Source of the DNA: an uncultured Chloroflexia bacterium
GTDB taxonomy: Bacteria > Chloroflexota > Ktedonobacteria > Ktedonobacterales > JADMIN01
Length of the DNA: 64,000 nt
Assembly (NCBI GenBank): GCA_963841205.1
Contig: CAWJCH010000031.1
Coordinates: 5,709-69,708, forward strand
Reading direction: 5' to 3'
Each line of letters begins with the position of its first letter. Position 1 is the first letter of the stretch. The notes under the pieces are model-generated. The model was not told where the DNA came from. It saw only the letters and a program-made list of their open reading frames with translations, and made no database searches. Shown here in pieces: positions 46,995-58,291 of this stretch. The position numbers and the translations under genes were made by a program.

Positions 46995-48280
46995 CCCCTG
47001 CCTTTCGGCATGGGGGTGAAAACCGTTCGCCCGCAGGGCGACTTCTGTTCCCACCGCTTGCCTGCCTCGCATCCTATGGGGTACAATTAGGATGAGAGAA
47101 CATTTGAGTACCGGTTGTATCCCAATCGTGCCCAGCGCCAGCAACTCATGGCTTGCCTCATGGAGTCGCGAGCCATCTAGAACGAGATGCTGTCCAGCCT
47201 GAAAGCGCAGTACGACGCGGACGGCACGTTTCCCACGAAGTATGACCTGACGGCGCGCTTCAAGGGACGTAGTGGCGGCAGTGTGCCCGCCACTACGATA
47301 CAAACCTTGGCCGACCGCCTTCAGCAAGGCGCTCAAGCGGTATCTCCAGATGAAGGACCTTGGCCTGCCCGCGGGGTTCCCACGGTTCAAGACGCCCAAT
47401 CGCTGGCAGTGCATCCAATTGCGCCAATACGCCGTGAGTCGGGATGTCTGGCTGGATGAGGACGGGGCGCATCTGCATGTGCCTGCCAAACTGGGACAAC
47501 TGATCAAAATCAAACTGCACCGTCCATTGGAAGGTACGCCGGCCATGGCGAATCTCGTGTTGCGGGCGGACGGGCACTGGTACGCGCTGATCGTTTGCGA
47601 GACGGTCCCCCAGGAGGCCTTCGGCCAGGCGCATCCCACGCAAACAACGTGCATGCACGCGGCGATTGGGCTGGACGTGGGCTTGAAGGTGTTCCTGGCC
47701 GACTCCGATGGCGGTTTCGTGGAGAACCCGCGCTACTACCAGAGCGGACAGCAGCATCTTGCCAGGGCGCAGCGCGTCAGCGACCGGCGCACAAAGGGGA
47801 GCCGCCGCGGGCGCACGGCCAAGCGCGAGGTGGCGAAAAAGCACTTGAAGGTTGCTCGTCAGCGACGTGATTTTCATTTCAAAACGGCCAAGCACTACGC
47901 GGAGCGGTATCGCCACCTGTGCGTGGAAGACCTCAACGTGGCGGGGATGGTGCGCAATCACCATCTCGCCAAGAGCATTCACGACGCGAGCTGGGGTGCG
48001 TTCCTCGACATCCTCACGGATAAGACTGAGAGGGCCGATCACGCGGTGGTGCGAGTACCCGCGCGCTTCACGACGCAGAAGTGCCACCGCTGCGAGGAGT
48101 ACGTCCAGAAGAGCCTGAGCGTGCGGACGCATATCTGTCCCTCCTGTGGCATGGCGGAAGATCGCGACGTGGACGCGGCCAAGAACATTTTACGGGCGGG
48201 GGCACCGCCTTCGGGGACGGGAGCCGATGGGCTGCCAGATGAACTGAGAAGCCCCCGGCTGTAGCCGCGGGGAGTTGTCA
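46995..48280 (+). mobile_element. IS1341-like (tnpB-only) IS200/IS605-family element, copy 2, degenerate
   Basis: 5' hairpin CCCCTGCC tttc GGCAtGGGG at 46995-47015. The 3' stem-loop motif at 48251-80 is shared with copy 1. Confidence 0.65.
47092..48264 (+). pseudogene. tnpB: TnpB with an early frame break, an in-frame TAG (47179-47181) and a second frame break near 47310
   Basis: (M)RE..TFEYRLYPNRAQRQQLMACLMESRAI*NEMLSSL.. (the stop sits where the conserved Y of xYN lies). It then continues GFPRFKTPNRW, IGLDVGLKVF, CVEDLN, FTTQKCHRCEEY...HICPSCGMAEDRDVDAAKNI. Confidence 0.8.
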
Positions 48281-48296
48281 CAGAAGTGAAACGCCG

Positions 48297-50750
48297 ATGA
48301 CCGCAACGAAAACGACCCAGTTGGGCGACATCACCTGCACCCGTGAGCCGGGGGCAGACGGCGACGCGCTCCGCCTCATCGCCCCATCGCTCGCGGTAGA
48401 ATGGGCCGCCGACGGTCAACTGAGCCTCTCACTCCCCGGCGACCGCCATACCTTCATTGCCGGTGGCTTGCTGATCGAGGCGACACCGGCCGCCGCGCGC
48501 CGCCTGAACCTCTACGGCCCCATGCGCGTTGCCCCCGTAGGCACGTCGCCCGATCCCATGCCGTTTCACGATGCGCAGGGGTCAGGACTCAGCGTGACGC
48601 GCGCCTTTCAGGCCGAAAAGCTACCCGTCGCGGCAGAGGTCGAGCTCCGCGTCTACGCGGGCCAGCCAGCCGTCGCGCTGCGCATGACGCTGCGGAACAC
48701 GGGAGCAGAGGCGGTCGCCCTGCGGCGAGCATTCCCTTTCGTCAGTGGCGCGTGGTGGAAGCGTGGCTCGCTGCGCCTCGCTGGTCGTTCATCCGGCCTC
48801 TCCGTCTTCAAAAACGGCTGGCAGTCGTGGAGCTATGCCGGCGGGCTGCCGCAGGGCAGGCGCGATCCGCGACCGCGCGTGCGCACGATGGTCGTCTGGC
48901 ACAGCCCCGGTGGTGCGCAGCCGTCGCAGCCCTACGGCGGCGGCGTGGATGTGGTCAGCGAAGAGATGGGCATGCTCGGCGACTCCGCGCTGCCCACCGC
49001 GCTGCTGACCGGCTTCCTCTCAGCGAATAGCTGGCTCGGCCAGGTCTACTATGCGCGCAACGACGGCGCGCTCGCCGCTACCGTGCTCCTCGACGGCGTC
49101 GTGCTGGAGCCAGGCGCGTCCTTGGCGCTGCCGCCGCTCTGGCTCGCGCTCGGCCCGCAATCAGCGCTGCCCCCCGCCTACGCCGAGGCCGTCGCCGCCG
49201 AGCTGGGCACGCGTCCGAGCCAGCCGCCGCCGACCGGCTGGTGCAGCTGGTACTACTACTTCACCGGCGTCAGCGAACCGGGCGTTGTCGAGAATCTAGC
49301 GGCGCTCCGTTCACTGGAGAAGCGCGTCCCGGTGGACTTGGTGCAGATCGATGACGGCTACCAGACTTCCATCGGCGACTGGCTCAGCATCAATGCCAAG
49401 TTCCCCTCGGGCATGGCCGCCTTGGCGCAGCGCATCCGCGGCGACGGGTATCGTCCCGGCCTCTGGCTCGCCCCGTTCACCGTCTCCGCCAACAGCCTGC
49501 TCGCCCGCGATCACCCCGACTGGCTCGTGCGCGACGCGAACGGCAAGGCCGCCTTCGCCGGCCACAACTGGAACGCGGACCTTCACGCGCTCGACACGAC
49601 GCATCCCGGCGCGCGCGACTGGCTTCGTGACGTCTTCAGCACCATCGTCCGCCAGTGGGGCTACGACTACCTCAAGCTCGACTTCCTCGCCTGTGGCGCG
49701 CTCGAAGGCCAGCGCCACGACCCGCGCGCCACACGGGCCAGCGCGCTCCGCGACGGCCTCGCCCTCATCCGCGAGATCGTCGGCGATGACATCTACATCC
49801 TCGGCTGCGGCTGCCCGCTGCTCAACGCCGTCGGCATCGTCGACGCCATGCGCATCGGACCCGACAGCGCGCCGTACTGGGCGCCGCGCTATGAGGGCGT
49901 CCCGGTCCCATTCAGCGAGGCGCACGCCCTGCCGACGATGGAGGGCGCCATCCGCAACACGCTCATGCGCGCCTGGATGCACCCCACGTTCTGGACCAAC
50001 GATCCAGACTGCCTGCTGGTCCGCGAGCTCCGCTCCGAGCTATCCCTCGACGAGGTGCGCGCCTTCGCCACGGCAGTCGGCCTGACCGGCGGCATGGTCG
50101 TCGTCTCGGATCGCCTACCTGATCTCCCCAGCGAACGCCTAGAAATACTGGCGCGGCTGCTCCCGCCGCTCGCCGCCCGCGCGCTGCCCAGTGACTATTT
50201 CGCCTACGGCATCCCGCCCCGCGCGACCGTCACGCTGGAGGGCGCGGTGGGGACGGTACACCTCGTCGGCCTCTTTAATGGCACCACGCGCGACCGCGAG
50301 GCATCGCTGACCTGGAGCGAGCTTGGCCTGCCGCGGGGAGCGTACCATGCCACCGAGTTCTGGTCGGGCGCGTACCTCGGCGTCTCGCCCAGCAGCATCA
50401 GCGTCCGCATCGCGCCGCATGGGGCTGCGCTGCTCGCCCTGCGTCCCGCCACCGAAGAGCCGACGTTACTCTCCACCAGCTTCCACATCTCACAGGGCGC
50501 CCATGACGTGACAGCGTGGCGCTATGATCCGGATGCGCGCGAACTGAGCTGGCGCTCGTCGCTCGGCCACACCGCCAGCGGCGCCTTCACGCTCTGGCTG
50601 CCAGGGGGACGCTCGCCCCAGCGCGTCGTCGCCAGCAACGGAGCGTCCGCGCGCTGGCGCCGCAATCCGTCTGGCGAGGTCGTCGTGACGGCAGAGGTCC
50701 GTGACGAGGCCGAGTTCGTGCTGACACTCGACGGCGAACCATACTGTTAG
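48297..50750 (+). CDS. Glycoside hydrolase family 36-like (alpha-galactosidase-type) protein
   Basis: TGWCSWYYYF, VQIDDGYQTSIGDW, GLWLAPF, YDYLKLDFL and ILGCGCP, which is the GH36/GH27 (beta/alpha)8 catalytic pattern. Confidence 0.8.
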   Translation: MTATKTTQLGDITCTREPGADGDALRLIAPSLAVEWAADGQLSLSLPGDRHTFIAGGLLIEATPAAARRLNLYGPMRVAPVGTSPDPMPFHDAQGSGLSVTRAFQAEKLPVAAEVELRVYAGQPAVALRMTLRNTGAEAVALRRAFPFVSGAWWKRGSLRLAGRSSGLSVFKNGWQSWSYAGGLPQGRRDPRPRVRTMVVWHSPGGAQPSQPYGGGVDVVSEEMGMLGDSALPTALLTGFLSANSWLGQVYYARNDGALAATVLLDGVVLEPGASLALPPLWLALGPQSALPPAYAEAVAAELGTRPSQPPPTGWCSWYYYFTGVSEPGVVENLAALRSLEKRVPVDLVQIDDGYQTSIGDWLSINAKFPSGMAALAQRIRGDGYRPGLWLAPFTVSANSLLARDHPDWLVRDANGKAAFAGHNWNADLHALDTTHPGARDWLRDVFSTIVRQWGYDYLKLDFLACGALEGQRHDPRATRASALRDGLALIREIVGDDIYILGCGCPLLNAVGIVDAMRIGPDSAPYWAPRYEGVPVPFSEAHALPTMEGAIRNTLMRAWMHPTFWTNDPDCLLVRELRSELSLDEVRAFATAVGLTGGMVVVSDRLPDLPSERLEILARLLPPLAARALPSDYFAYGIPPRATVTLEGAVGTVHLVGLFNGTTRDREASLTWSELGLPRGAYHATEFWSGAYLGVSPSSISVRIAPHGAALLALRPATEEPTLLSTSFHISQGAHDVTAWRYDPDARELSWRSSLGHTASGAFTLWLPGGRSPQRVVASNGASARWRRNPSGEVVVTAEVRDEAEFVLTLDGEPYC

Positions 50751-50796
50751 AGCCGACTCCATCGCATGTGTGGCCAACTCACCAGTAAGGGATTCG

Positions 50797-50814
50797 CGCG
50801 GCCTTCAGGCCGCG
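50797..50814. terminator. 7-bp stem / TTCA-loop hairpin (CGCGGCC ttca GGCCGCG)
   Basis: Checked base by base. It lies 47 nt after the GH36 stop codon and has no U-tract. Confidence 0.3.
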
Positions 50815-50858
50815 ATTCACTCAACATCCGACGAGTTCCCAGTGCAAGGAGCAGAACC

Positions 50859-51149
50859 ATGATCGTAAGCATGTTCCAGGTGCGCGTGCCGGAGCAGGCC
50901 GTCCCGCGCTTCGAGCAGAGCTGGCAGCAGCGCGCGGGCCGCGTGGACGCGATGCCTGGCTTCCGCGGCCTTGAGGTGCTGCGCGACGGCAACGAGGCCG
51001 GCCACTACATCGTGCTCACCCGCTGGGAGACGCGCGAAGACTACGAGCGCTGGGCCAACAGCCCAGAATTCACCGCAGGCCACGCCAACGCCGGCCAGTC
51101 TGGCGCGCAGGGCAGCGGTGTCGACTTCTACGAAGTCGTCCGGTCCTAG
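50859..51149 (+). CDS. Antibiotic-biosynthesis-monooxygenase (ABM) domain protein
   Basis: AAGGAG RBS. MIVSMFQVRV...MPGFRGLEVLRD....YIVLTRWETREDYERW is a ferredoxin-like ABM pattern. Confidence 0.7.
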   Translation: MIVSMFQVRVPEQAVPRFEQSWQQRAGRVDAMPGFRGLEVLRDGNEAGHYIVLTRWETREDYERWANSPEFTAGHANAGQSGAQGSGVDFYEVVRS

Positions 51150-51238
51150 CGCCGCAAACCAGGGCCCGTCCGCACCGCGTCACCCCTGAACCACGTCGGA
51201 TGCTCGGACTCTGTGCCGAGCGTGCATATCACTATTCG

Positions 51239-51258
51239 CCCTGGCCTTCAGGCCAGGG
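51239..51258. terminator. 8-bp stem / TTCA-loop hairpin (CCCTGGCC ttca GGCCAGGG)
   Basis: Checked base by base. It lies in the convergent intergenic region between the ABM gene and the MTHFR fusion gene. Confidence 0.3.
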
Positions 51259-51297
51259 ATCGGCTCATCCTAACCTGCTGCCGAAACGAGGCATCGA

Positions 51298-51313
51298 GCG
51301 GACTTCAGTCCGC
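51298..51313. terminator. 6-bp stem / TTCA-loop hairpin (GCGGAC ttca GTCCGC)
   Basis: Checked base by base. It lies in the same convergent intergenic region. Confidence 0.3.
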
Positions 51314-51380
51314 GTCGCGCTGCGCCTGCACCCCAGTGCCGCGAGCTGGCGCGCCAACACACCCGCCCGCCAGCATCCCC

Positions 51381-53429
51381 TCACCGTCTCGCGCCGACCT
51401 CCTGCGTCCGCAGCAGCTCGCGCGCCAGGTCCCCGACGAGATCGAAGCGCCCATACGACGGCGCGAGATAGCAGCCCTGGATCAGTCCGCGGTCCCGCGC
51501 TTCCACTATTACGTCGCGCGCCAGCTCGATCCCCACCTCACGTCCACGGTCGCCCGCCTCGCGCATGCGCTCCCGCACCGCCTCCGGCACGCTGATCCCC
51601 GGCACCTCGTTGTGCAGGTACTCGGCATGCTTCGAGCTATGCAGCGGGATCATGCCCAGTAGGATCGGCACGTTGACGGTGCCAAACGTCGCGTTGAAGC
51701 GCTCCAGCGGCTCGATGTCGTAGATCGGCTGCGTCATGATGTACTGCGCGCCCGCATCGAGCTTGTGGCGCAGGCGGTGCAGCTCAAGCTCCGTCTCGGT
51801 CAGCAGCGCGTGGTCGTCGCCGTCTTGCGCCGAGACCTCCGCCAGATCGCCAACCAGCTTGCGCCGCGCCTGCTCACGCGCCAGGTTGATCGGCTCGTCC
51901 TCCATGTTGAGATTCAGCGCCGCGCCGATGTGGAAGCTCGCGGGCATGCCCAGCGAGGCGCCCGCCGCGTCGCGCCCCTCGTTCATCTCGCGCAAGATGC
52001 CGATTAATCCCACCGAATCCACGTCCCACACGCCCGTCAAGTTCGGGTAGTTGCCGACGCGCACCGGATCGCCCGTCAGCGCCAGGATGTTGTGGATGCC
52101 GAGCGCGTGCGCCCCGAGCAGATCGGACTGGATCGCCATCAGGTTGCGGTCGCGCGTCGTGAAGTGGATGATCGACTCGACGTCAAGCCGCTCCTGCAGC
52201 AGCCGCGCCAGCGACATGCAGCTCATCCGCACGCGTGCCATCGGGCTGTCCGCGATGTTGATGAATTCGACGCCGATCTCGCGCAGGTACGCCGCGCCGT
52301 CCAGGATCTTGCCTGGGTTCAGCCCCTTCGGCGGGTCAAGCTCTACACACACGGCGAACTCGCCCGCCGTCAATGCGCGTTGGAGCCGCGTCGCCGTGGG
52401 CCCCTCGCTGGCCGTCTCCACCTGCGGCTCGCGCGTCGCGATATCGGTGAGCGGGCTGCGTGGCGTGGCAACGCCCACGAAGGCGTGCCCCGACTGCTTC
52501 GGCAGGTACTCAGTCAGCGCCCCGCGCATCGCCTCGATGTGCGCTGGCGTCGTACCGCAGCAACCACCAATGATGCGCGCCCCCGCCTCGGCGAAGCGGT
52601 GCGCATAGTCCGCGAAGTAGCGCGGCGTCGAGTAGTAGAGGAAGCGATTCTCCACACGCGCCGGCAATCCGGCGTTCGGCTGCACCGAGAGGTAGATCTC
52701 GCGCCGCTCGTCCTGGCTCGCGGCGTGCAGCGCATCGCGCATCTCGTCCAGCGCGTCCAGCGTTCCGGCGGGGCCGATGCTACAGTTCACGCCAAGCACG
52801 TCCACTTCCAGCCGGGCAAGGCTCAGCGCGGCGGCGGCGGGCGTCGTGCCAGAGAGCATCTGGCCCTCCTCGCCGAACGTCACCTGCGCCACCAGCGGCA
52901 CGCTGCCGACCTCGCGCGCCGCCAGCACCGCCTGCCGCAGCTCGGCCAAGTTGGCGAACGTCTCCAGGATCAGCAGATCGACCCCCCGCTCGACCAGCGC
53001 CTCGATCTGTTCCCGAAACGCCCCGCGCAGCGCCACCAGCCGCGGATCGTCGTCCCCCACCAGTGGGATATTGAGCTGCCCCGTCGGGCCGACCGCGCCC
53101 GCGACGAAGACCTCCTGCCCCGCCACATCGCGCGCCTCGCGCGCCAGCTCCGTCGCGCGCCGGTTGATCAGCCGCGTCTTCTCGGCCAGCCCATAGCCGG
53201 CCAGCTTCACCGCATTCGCGCCAAACGTGTTCGTCTCGATGATCTGCGCCCCCGCGCGGATGTAGTCGCGGTGGATCTCCTGCACCAGCCCAGGATCCGT
53301 GAGCACCAGCTCGTCGAAGCAGCGCCCGTGAACGATGCTTTCGGGCGCGCGTGCATAGAGCACCGTCCCCATCGCCCCGTCACAGAGCAGCGGCCCCTGC
53401 CGCAGTCGTTCGAGGAACGGCTCGCTCAT
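51381..53429 (-). CDS. Bifunctional homocysteine S-methyltransferase / 5,10-methylenetetrahydrofolate reductase (YitJ-type fusion)
   Basis: AAGGAG RBS. The N-terminal Hcy-binding domain has LLCDGAMGT, IIETNTFGAN and GGCCGTTP. The C-terminal MTHFR domain has FINIADSPMARVRMS, HFTTRDRN and ILALTGDP. Confidence 0.85.
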   Translation of the reverse strand: MSEPFLERLRQGPLLCDGAMGTVLYARAPESIVHGRCFDELVLTDPGLVQEIHRDYIRAGAQIIETNTFGANAVKLAGYGLAEKTRLINRRATELAREARDVAGQEVFVAGAVGPTGQLNIPLVGDDDPRLVALRGAFREQIEALVERGVDLLILETFANLAELRQAVLAAREVGSVPLVAQVTFGEEGQMLSGTTPAAAALSLARLEVDVLGVNCSIGPAGTLDALDEMRDALHAASQDERREIYLSVQPNAGLPARVENRFLYYSTPRYFADYAHRFAEAGARIIGGCCGTTPAHIEAMRGALTEYLPKQSGHAFVGVATPRSPLTDIATREPQVETASEGPTATRLQRALTAGEFAVCVELDPPKGLNPGKILDGAAYLREIGVEFINIADSPMARVRMSCMSLARLLQERLDVESIIHFTTRDRNLMAIQSDLLGAHALGIHNILALTGDPVRVGNYPNLTGVWDVDSVGLIGILREMNEGRDAAGASLGMPASFHIGAALNLNMEDEPINLAREQARRKLVGDLAEVSAQDGDDHALLTETELELHRLRHKLDAGAQYIMTQPIYDIEPLERFNATFGTVNVPILLGMIPLHSSKHAEYLHNEVPGISVPEAVRERMREAGDRGREVGIELARDVIVEARDRGLIQGCYLAPSYGRFDLVGDLARELLRTQEVGARR

Positions 53430-53941
53430 ACGGATAGCTCCTTGACTGTGCGCCGTGGCCGCGAGGTTTGTGGGCCAGTATGACCCATTCGAGCGCGTCA
53501 AACCGGCCAGATGTTTCAGCGTATTCCGCGATAGATGGCGGTTCTGCCAGTATAGCAGCCCATGCCGCCGACCGCGTCCGCCCACTCCAATCAGCCGACA
53601 AACACGAAACGTCTCCCCCCGGCAACGCTGAAGAACTCGCTACCCAGGTCCCCAAAGCGCCCGTACGGCTCCGAGTCTGCGCAGGCGGGCCTCGCAGCGG
53701 CACGCCACCCAAGGCGCGGTTTCAACCGTCGGCGTTTCTCCTGCCTCTGCCTCCCCTCTCAGGGAGAGGTCCAGCGCAGCGCAGTCCCTCCAGTCGTTCC
53801 GAGGAGGGCCGGGGTGAAATCCGTCCTGGCCGTGAAGCTCCTCCCCTCATACCCTCCTCTCCGCGCCCTCCTCCCTCCGCGTCCTCTATGAACGCTGTGG
53901 TTGATCTCTGCCGTCACCCGCCCGTCGGCCGCGTACCCGCA

Positions 53942-53970
53942 TTGCGCCTCGCTTCGTCATATGATATACT
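53942..53970 (+). promoter_or_regulatory. Promoter candidate for rpsB: TTGCGC, 17-nt spacer, TGaTATACT (extended -10)
   Basis: Read directly from the sequence, about 155 nt upstream of rpsB. Confidence 0.3.
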
Positions 53971-54125
53971 GCCCCGAGTGTGCGCCCGTTTCGCGAGGAA
54001 TGCGCGCGCTCACCAATTTCACACGCCTCCCAATCGTTTGGGTCCCTGGGCATGCGCGGCATGCTCCTCCAGACGGCGCGACGGAGGCGGAGGAAGCACC
54101 AGATTCAAGGGAGGACTCTCGCCTC

Positions 54126-55013
54126 GTGGCCACAAATGTCGCATCAATGAAGCAACTGCTGGAAGCTGGCGTCCATTTCGGGCACCAGACGCGCCGCTGG
54201 AATCCGAAGATGCGCCCGTTCATCTTCACCGCGCGCAACGGCATCCACATCCTCGATCTGCAGCAGACCGTCTCGCGCCTCAACGAGGCGTACAAATTCG
54301 TCGCCAATACCGTCGCCAACGGCGACTCCGTGCTCTTCGTCGGCACCAAGAAGCAGGCGCAAGAGGCCATCGCCGAGGCCGCAACGGCTGCCGGCCAGTT
54401 CTACGTCAACCAGCGCTGGCTCGGCGGCATGCTCACCAACTTCGAGACCATCCAGAAGCGCATCCGCTTCCTGCGCGATCTCGAGGCCCGCAAAGAGCGC
54501 GGCGACTTCGAGCGCCTGCCCAAGAAAGAGGCGCAGGGCCTGCAAGACGAGCTCGATCGCCTGACCAGGCTGCTCGGCGGCATCAAGGACATGCGCCGCC
54601 TGCCGGGCGCCATCTTCGTCATCGACACCAAGAAGGAGCACACCGCCGTGCTCGAGGCGCGGCGGCTGGAGATCCCCGTGGTCGCGCTGGCCGACACCAA
54701 CACCGACCCCGACGAGATGGACTATCCTATCCCGGCCAACGACGACGCCATCCGCGCGGTGAAGCTGCTCGCCGACAAGATGTCGGAGGCCGCCGCCGAG
54801 GGACGCCGCCAGCGCGAGGCCCAGATCAAGGACCGCGCCGAGGCCGGCGAGCGCGAGCGCGCCGTCACCGCGGCGCCCGTCAGCCTGGAAGAGTTCGGCA
54901 TCTCCGAGGATGAGGCCAATGCGGCCCCGCCCGCCGAGGCGCCCGCAGTTGCCGAAACGCCCACCACCGCCGAAGCACCGGCAGCCGCCGAGTCCGCGAC
55001 GGTCGAAGCATAA
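54126..55013 (+). CDS. rpsB: 30S ribosomal protein S2 (intact)
   Basis: GGGAGG lies upstream of GTG 54126 (alternative start ATG 54147). [41 protein letters not shown] and [10 protein letters not shown], with an acidic/Ala-rich tail. Confidence 0.9.
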   Translation: MATNVASMKQLLEAGVHFGHQTRRWNPKMRPFIFTARNGIHILDLQQTVSRLNEAYKFVANTVANGDSVLFVGTKKQAQEAIAEAATAAGQFYVNQRWLGGMLTNFETIQKRIRFLRDLEARKERGDFERLPKKEAQGLQDELDRLTRLLGGIKDMRRLPGAIFVIDTKKEHTAVLEARRLEIPVVALADTNTDPDEMDYPIPANDDAIRAVKLLADKMSEAAAEGRRQREAQIKDRAEAGERERAVTAAPVSLEEFGISEDEANAAPPAEAPAVAETPTTAEAPAAAESATVEA

Positions 55014-55222
55014 GTCACCTTCCGCGCCTCGTGGAGGTGTGGAGCGTTCCGAGCGCGCGGCACAGCCCGGTGTGCCGCGCGTTTGTGTGCCTGCGAGATT
55101 GGTCGAGATCGCACTCGCGTGCGCGCCCAGCCGAGTCACGCATGGTACGATGGAATCCGCCGGGAAAACAGCGCCACGTTGCGCCACAAAACGCCGCGTG
55201 TGGGGAGTGAGATACAGAGGCT

Positions 55223-55821
55223 ATGGAAGCTACCGCGAAAGATGTCGCCAAGCTGCGCGAATTGACCGGCGCGGGATTCGCCGACTGCAAAAAGGCGCTC
55301 GCCGAGTCCAAGACCTTCGAGGACGCCGTGAAGTACGTCGAGGAGCACGGCGCCAAGCGCGCCGAGAAGCTCAAGGCCCAGGACCGCGAGACGCGCGAGG
55401 GCCTGGTGACTTCCTACCTCCACCACGGCGGCAACCTCGGCGTGCTGCTCGAGTTGAACTGCAGCACCGACTTCGTCGCCCGCAGCGATGACTTCAAGAC
55501 CCTCGCCAACGAGTTGACCTTCCAGATCGCCGGCACCAACCCCCAGTACATCTCCTTCGAGCGACGTGCCCGAAGAGACGGTCCGCGAGCTGCGCGAAGC
55601 CGATGCCAACGATCCCGACGTGCAAGAAGCGCCCCGCCGACAAGCGCGACCAGATCGTCGAAGGTAAGCTCAAGAAGCAGCTCTCCGCGCAGGTCCTGCT
55701 CGAACAGCCCTGGGTGAAGGACGACAAGGTCACCGTCGGTAAGCTGGTCGATGACGTCATCCGCAAGACTGGTGAGAATATCGTCGTGCGGCGCTACGTG
55801 CGCTACGCGCTCGGCGAGTAA
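55223..55821 (+). CDS. tsf: Elongation factor Ts (short form); frame broken twice in this sequence (about 55562 and about 55623)
   Basis: AKDVAKLRELTGAGFADCKKAL, LLELNCSTDFVARSDDF and PQYISFE. It continues |DVPEETVRELREA...|KKRPADKRDQIVEGKLKKQL..LLEQPWVKDDK..ENIVVRRYVRYALGE in the next two frames. Confidence 0.85.
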
Positions 55822-55896
55822 TAGAGTCGGGGCGCGGGACACGCGGTGGGCAATCGGCCCGCCCGACTGCCCCTCGCCCCGCGCCTAGGAGCGACC

Positions 55897-57282
<1,386 letters not shown>

Positions 57283-57321
57283 GCACCATTCGCCGGGGAA
57301 AGCAGGACGACGGTTGGCCCT

Positions 57322-58218
57322 ATGATACTTGGACGCATTCGCAGCTGGATGGGTACGGCGGGCGCGGCCCTCAACGGCGGCGCGCGCCTCCGCGAGGCGG
57401 AGCGGCGCACGGAGCTGGGGCGGCTGCGCTTGTGGAGGGGCGCGCCGTCCCCCGGCACATTGCCATTATCATGGACGGCAACGGGCGGGGCGCTGGGCCA
57501 AGTCGCGCCATATGCCGCGCTCCGTCGGCCACCATGCCGGCGTCGAGGCGCTGCGGCGCACCGTGCGGCTCTGCCACGACTACCACGTCCCCATGCTCTC
57601 GGTCTACGCTTTCTCCACTGAGAACTGGGGCCGCCCGCCGAAGAGGTCGATGCGCTGATGGGCCTATCTGGGAAACCATCCGCACGGACGTCGACCGCCT
57701 TCACAGCGAAGGCGTCAAGCTGCGCCACGTCGGACGCCGCGACGGCCTCTCCCCGACATCCAGCGCCGCCATCGACCACATGGAGACCCTCACCCGCGAC
57801 AACGACAAGTTGACACTCAACGTATGCTTCAACTATGGTGGGCGCGCCGAGGATCGTCGAGCGCGGTCAAAGCCATCGTCGCGTCGGGCGTCCCCTGCGA
57901 TGAGGTGACAGAAGACCTGATCGAGCGGCATCTCTACACAGCGGGCTTCCCGATCCCAATCTGGTCATCCGCACCGCCGGCGAGATGCGCCTCAGCAATT
58001 ATCTCATCTGGCGAGTCGCCTACGCCGAATACTACTCGACGCCCGTGCTGTGGCCCGACTTCGACCATGACGACTTCGTCGCCGCGCTCGACGCCTTCGC
58101 CGGACGCAAGCGCCGCTTCGGCAAGCTCGATGACCAGCTCACCGCGGCGCCCACCGCCGTCGACGCGCGCGAGCAGCTCGTAGCGGCGCGAGTACCGGCC
58201 ATCAAAGCGGCGGGCTAG
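57322..58218 (+). CDS. uppS: Undecaprenyl-diphosphate synthase; frame broken about seven times; N-terminus uncertain (57279 or 57322)
   Basis: [13 protein letters not shown]|[30 protein letters not shown]|EEVDALMGL|..[22 protein letters not shown]|IVE|AVKAIV..|[38 protein letters not shown]. Confidence 0.8.
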
Positions 58219-58291
58219 CCCTTGGCACGCGCCGAACACGTCCGCGCCTATCATCTGGTGGTGCGGTGGGGAATCTTCCGGGAGGGTCGCC

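Noticed and set aside
47058-47094. A promoter TTGCCT-18-TACAAT ending 4 nt before the tnpB copy-2 ATG, implying a leaderless mRNA.
   Set aside because: The hexamers are plausible, but the gene is a multiply disrupted pseudogene and the inference rests on spacing alone. It is not reported as a feature.
24997-47181. Stop-codon reassignment (TGA or TAG read as sense) to explain the in-frame stops in rusA, tnpA, tnpB and the HTH fragment.
   Set aside because: The same codons terminate many well-conserved genes at their expected ends in this window. Examples are TGA for the FUSC gene at 2-4 and frr at 57280, and TAG for the Arc-like gene at 23748, rusA at 25345 and uppS at 58216. All affected genes belong to mobile elements, so nonsense mutations are the simpler explanation.
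53430-53640. SAM or cobalamin riboswitch in the 5' leader of the homocysteine methyltransferase/MTHFR gene.
   Set aside because: The leader contains CTGGCC(C) segments reminiscent of the SAM-I P3 stem. I could not lay out the kink-turn GA motif, the P1/P4 pairing or a B12 box. A covariance-model scan is needed and no call is made.
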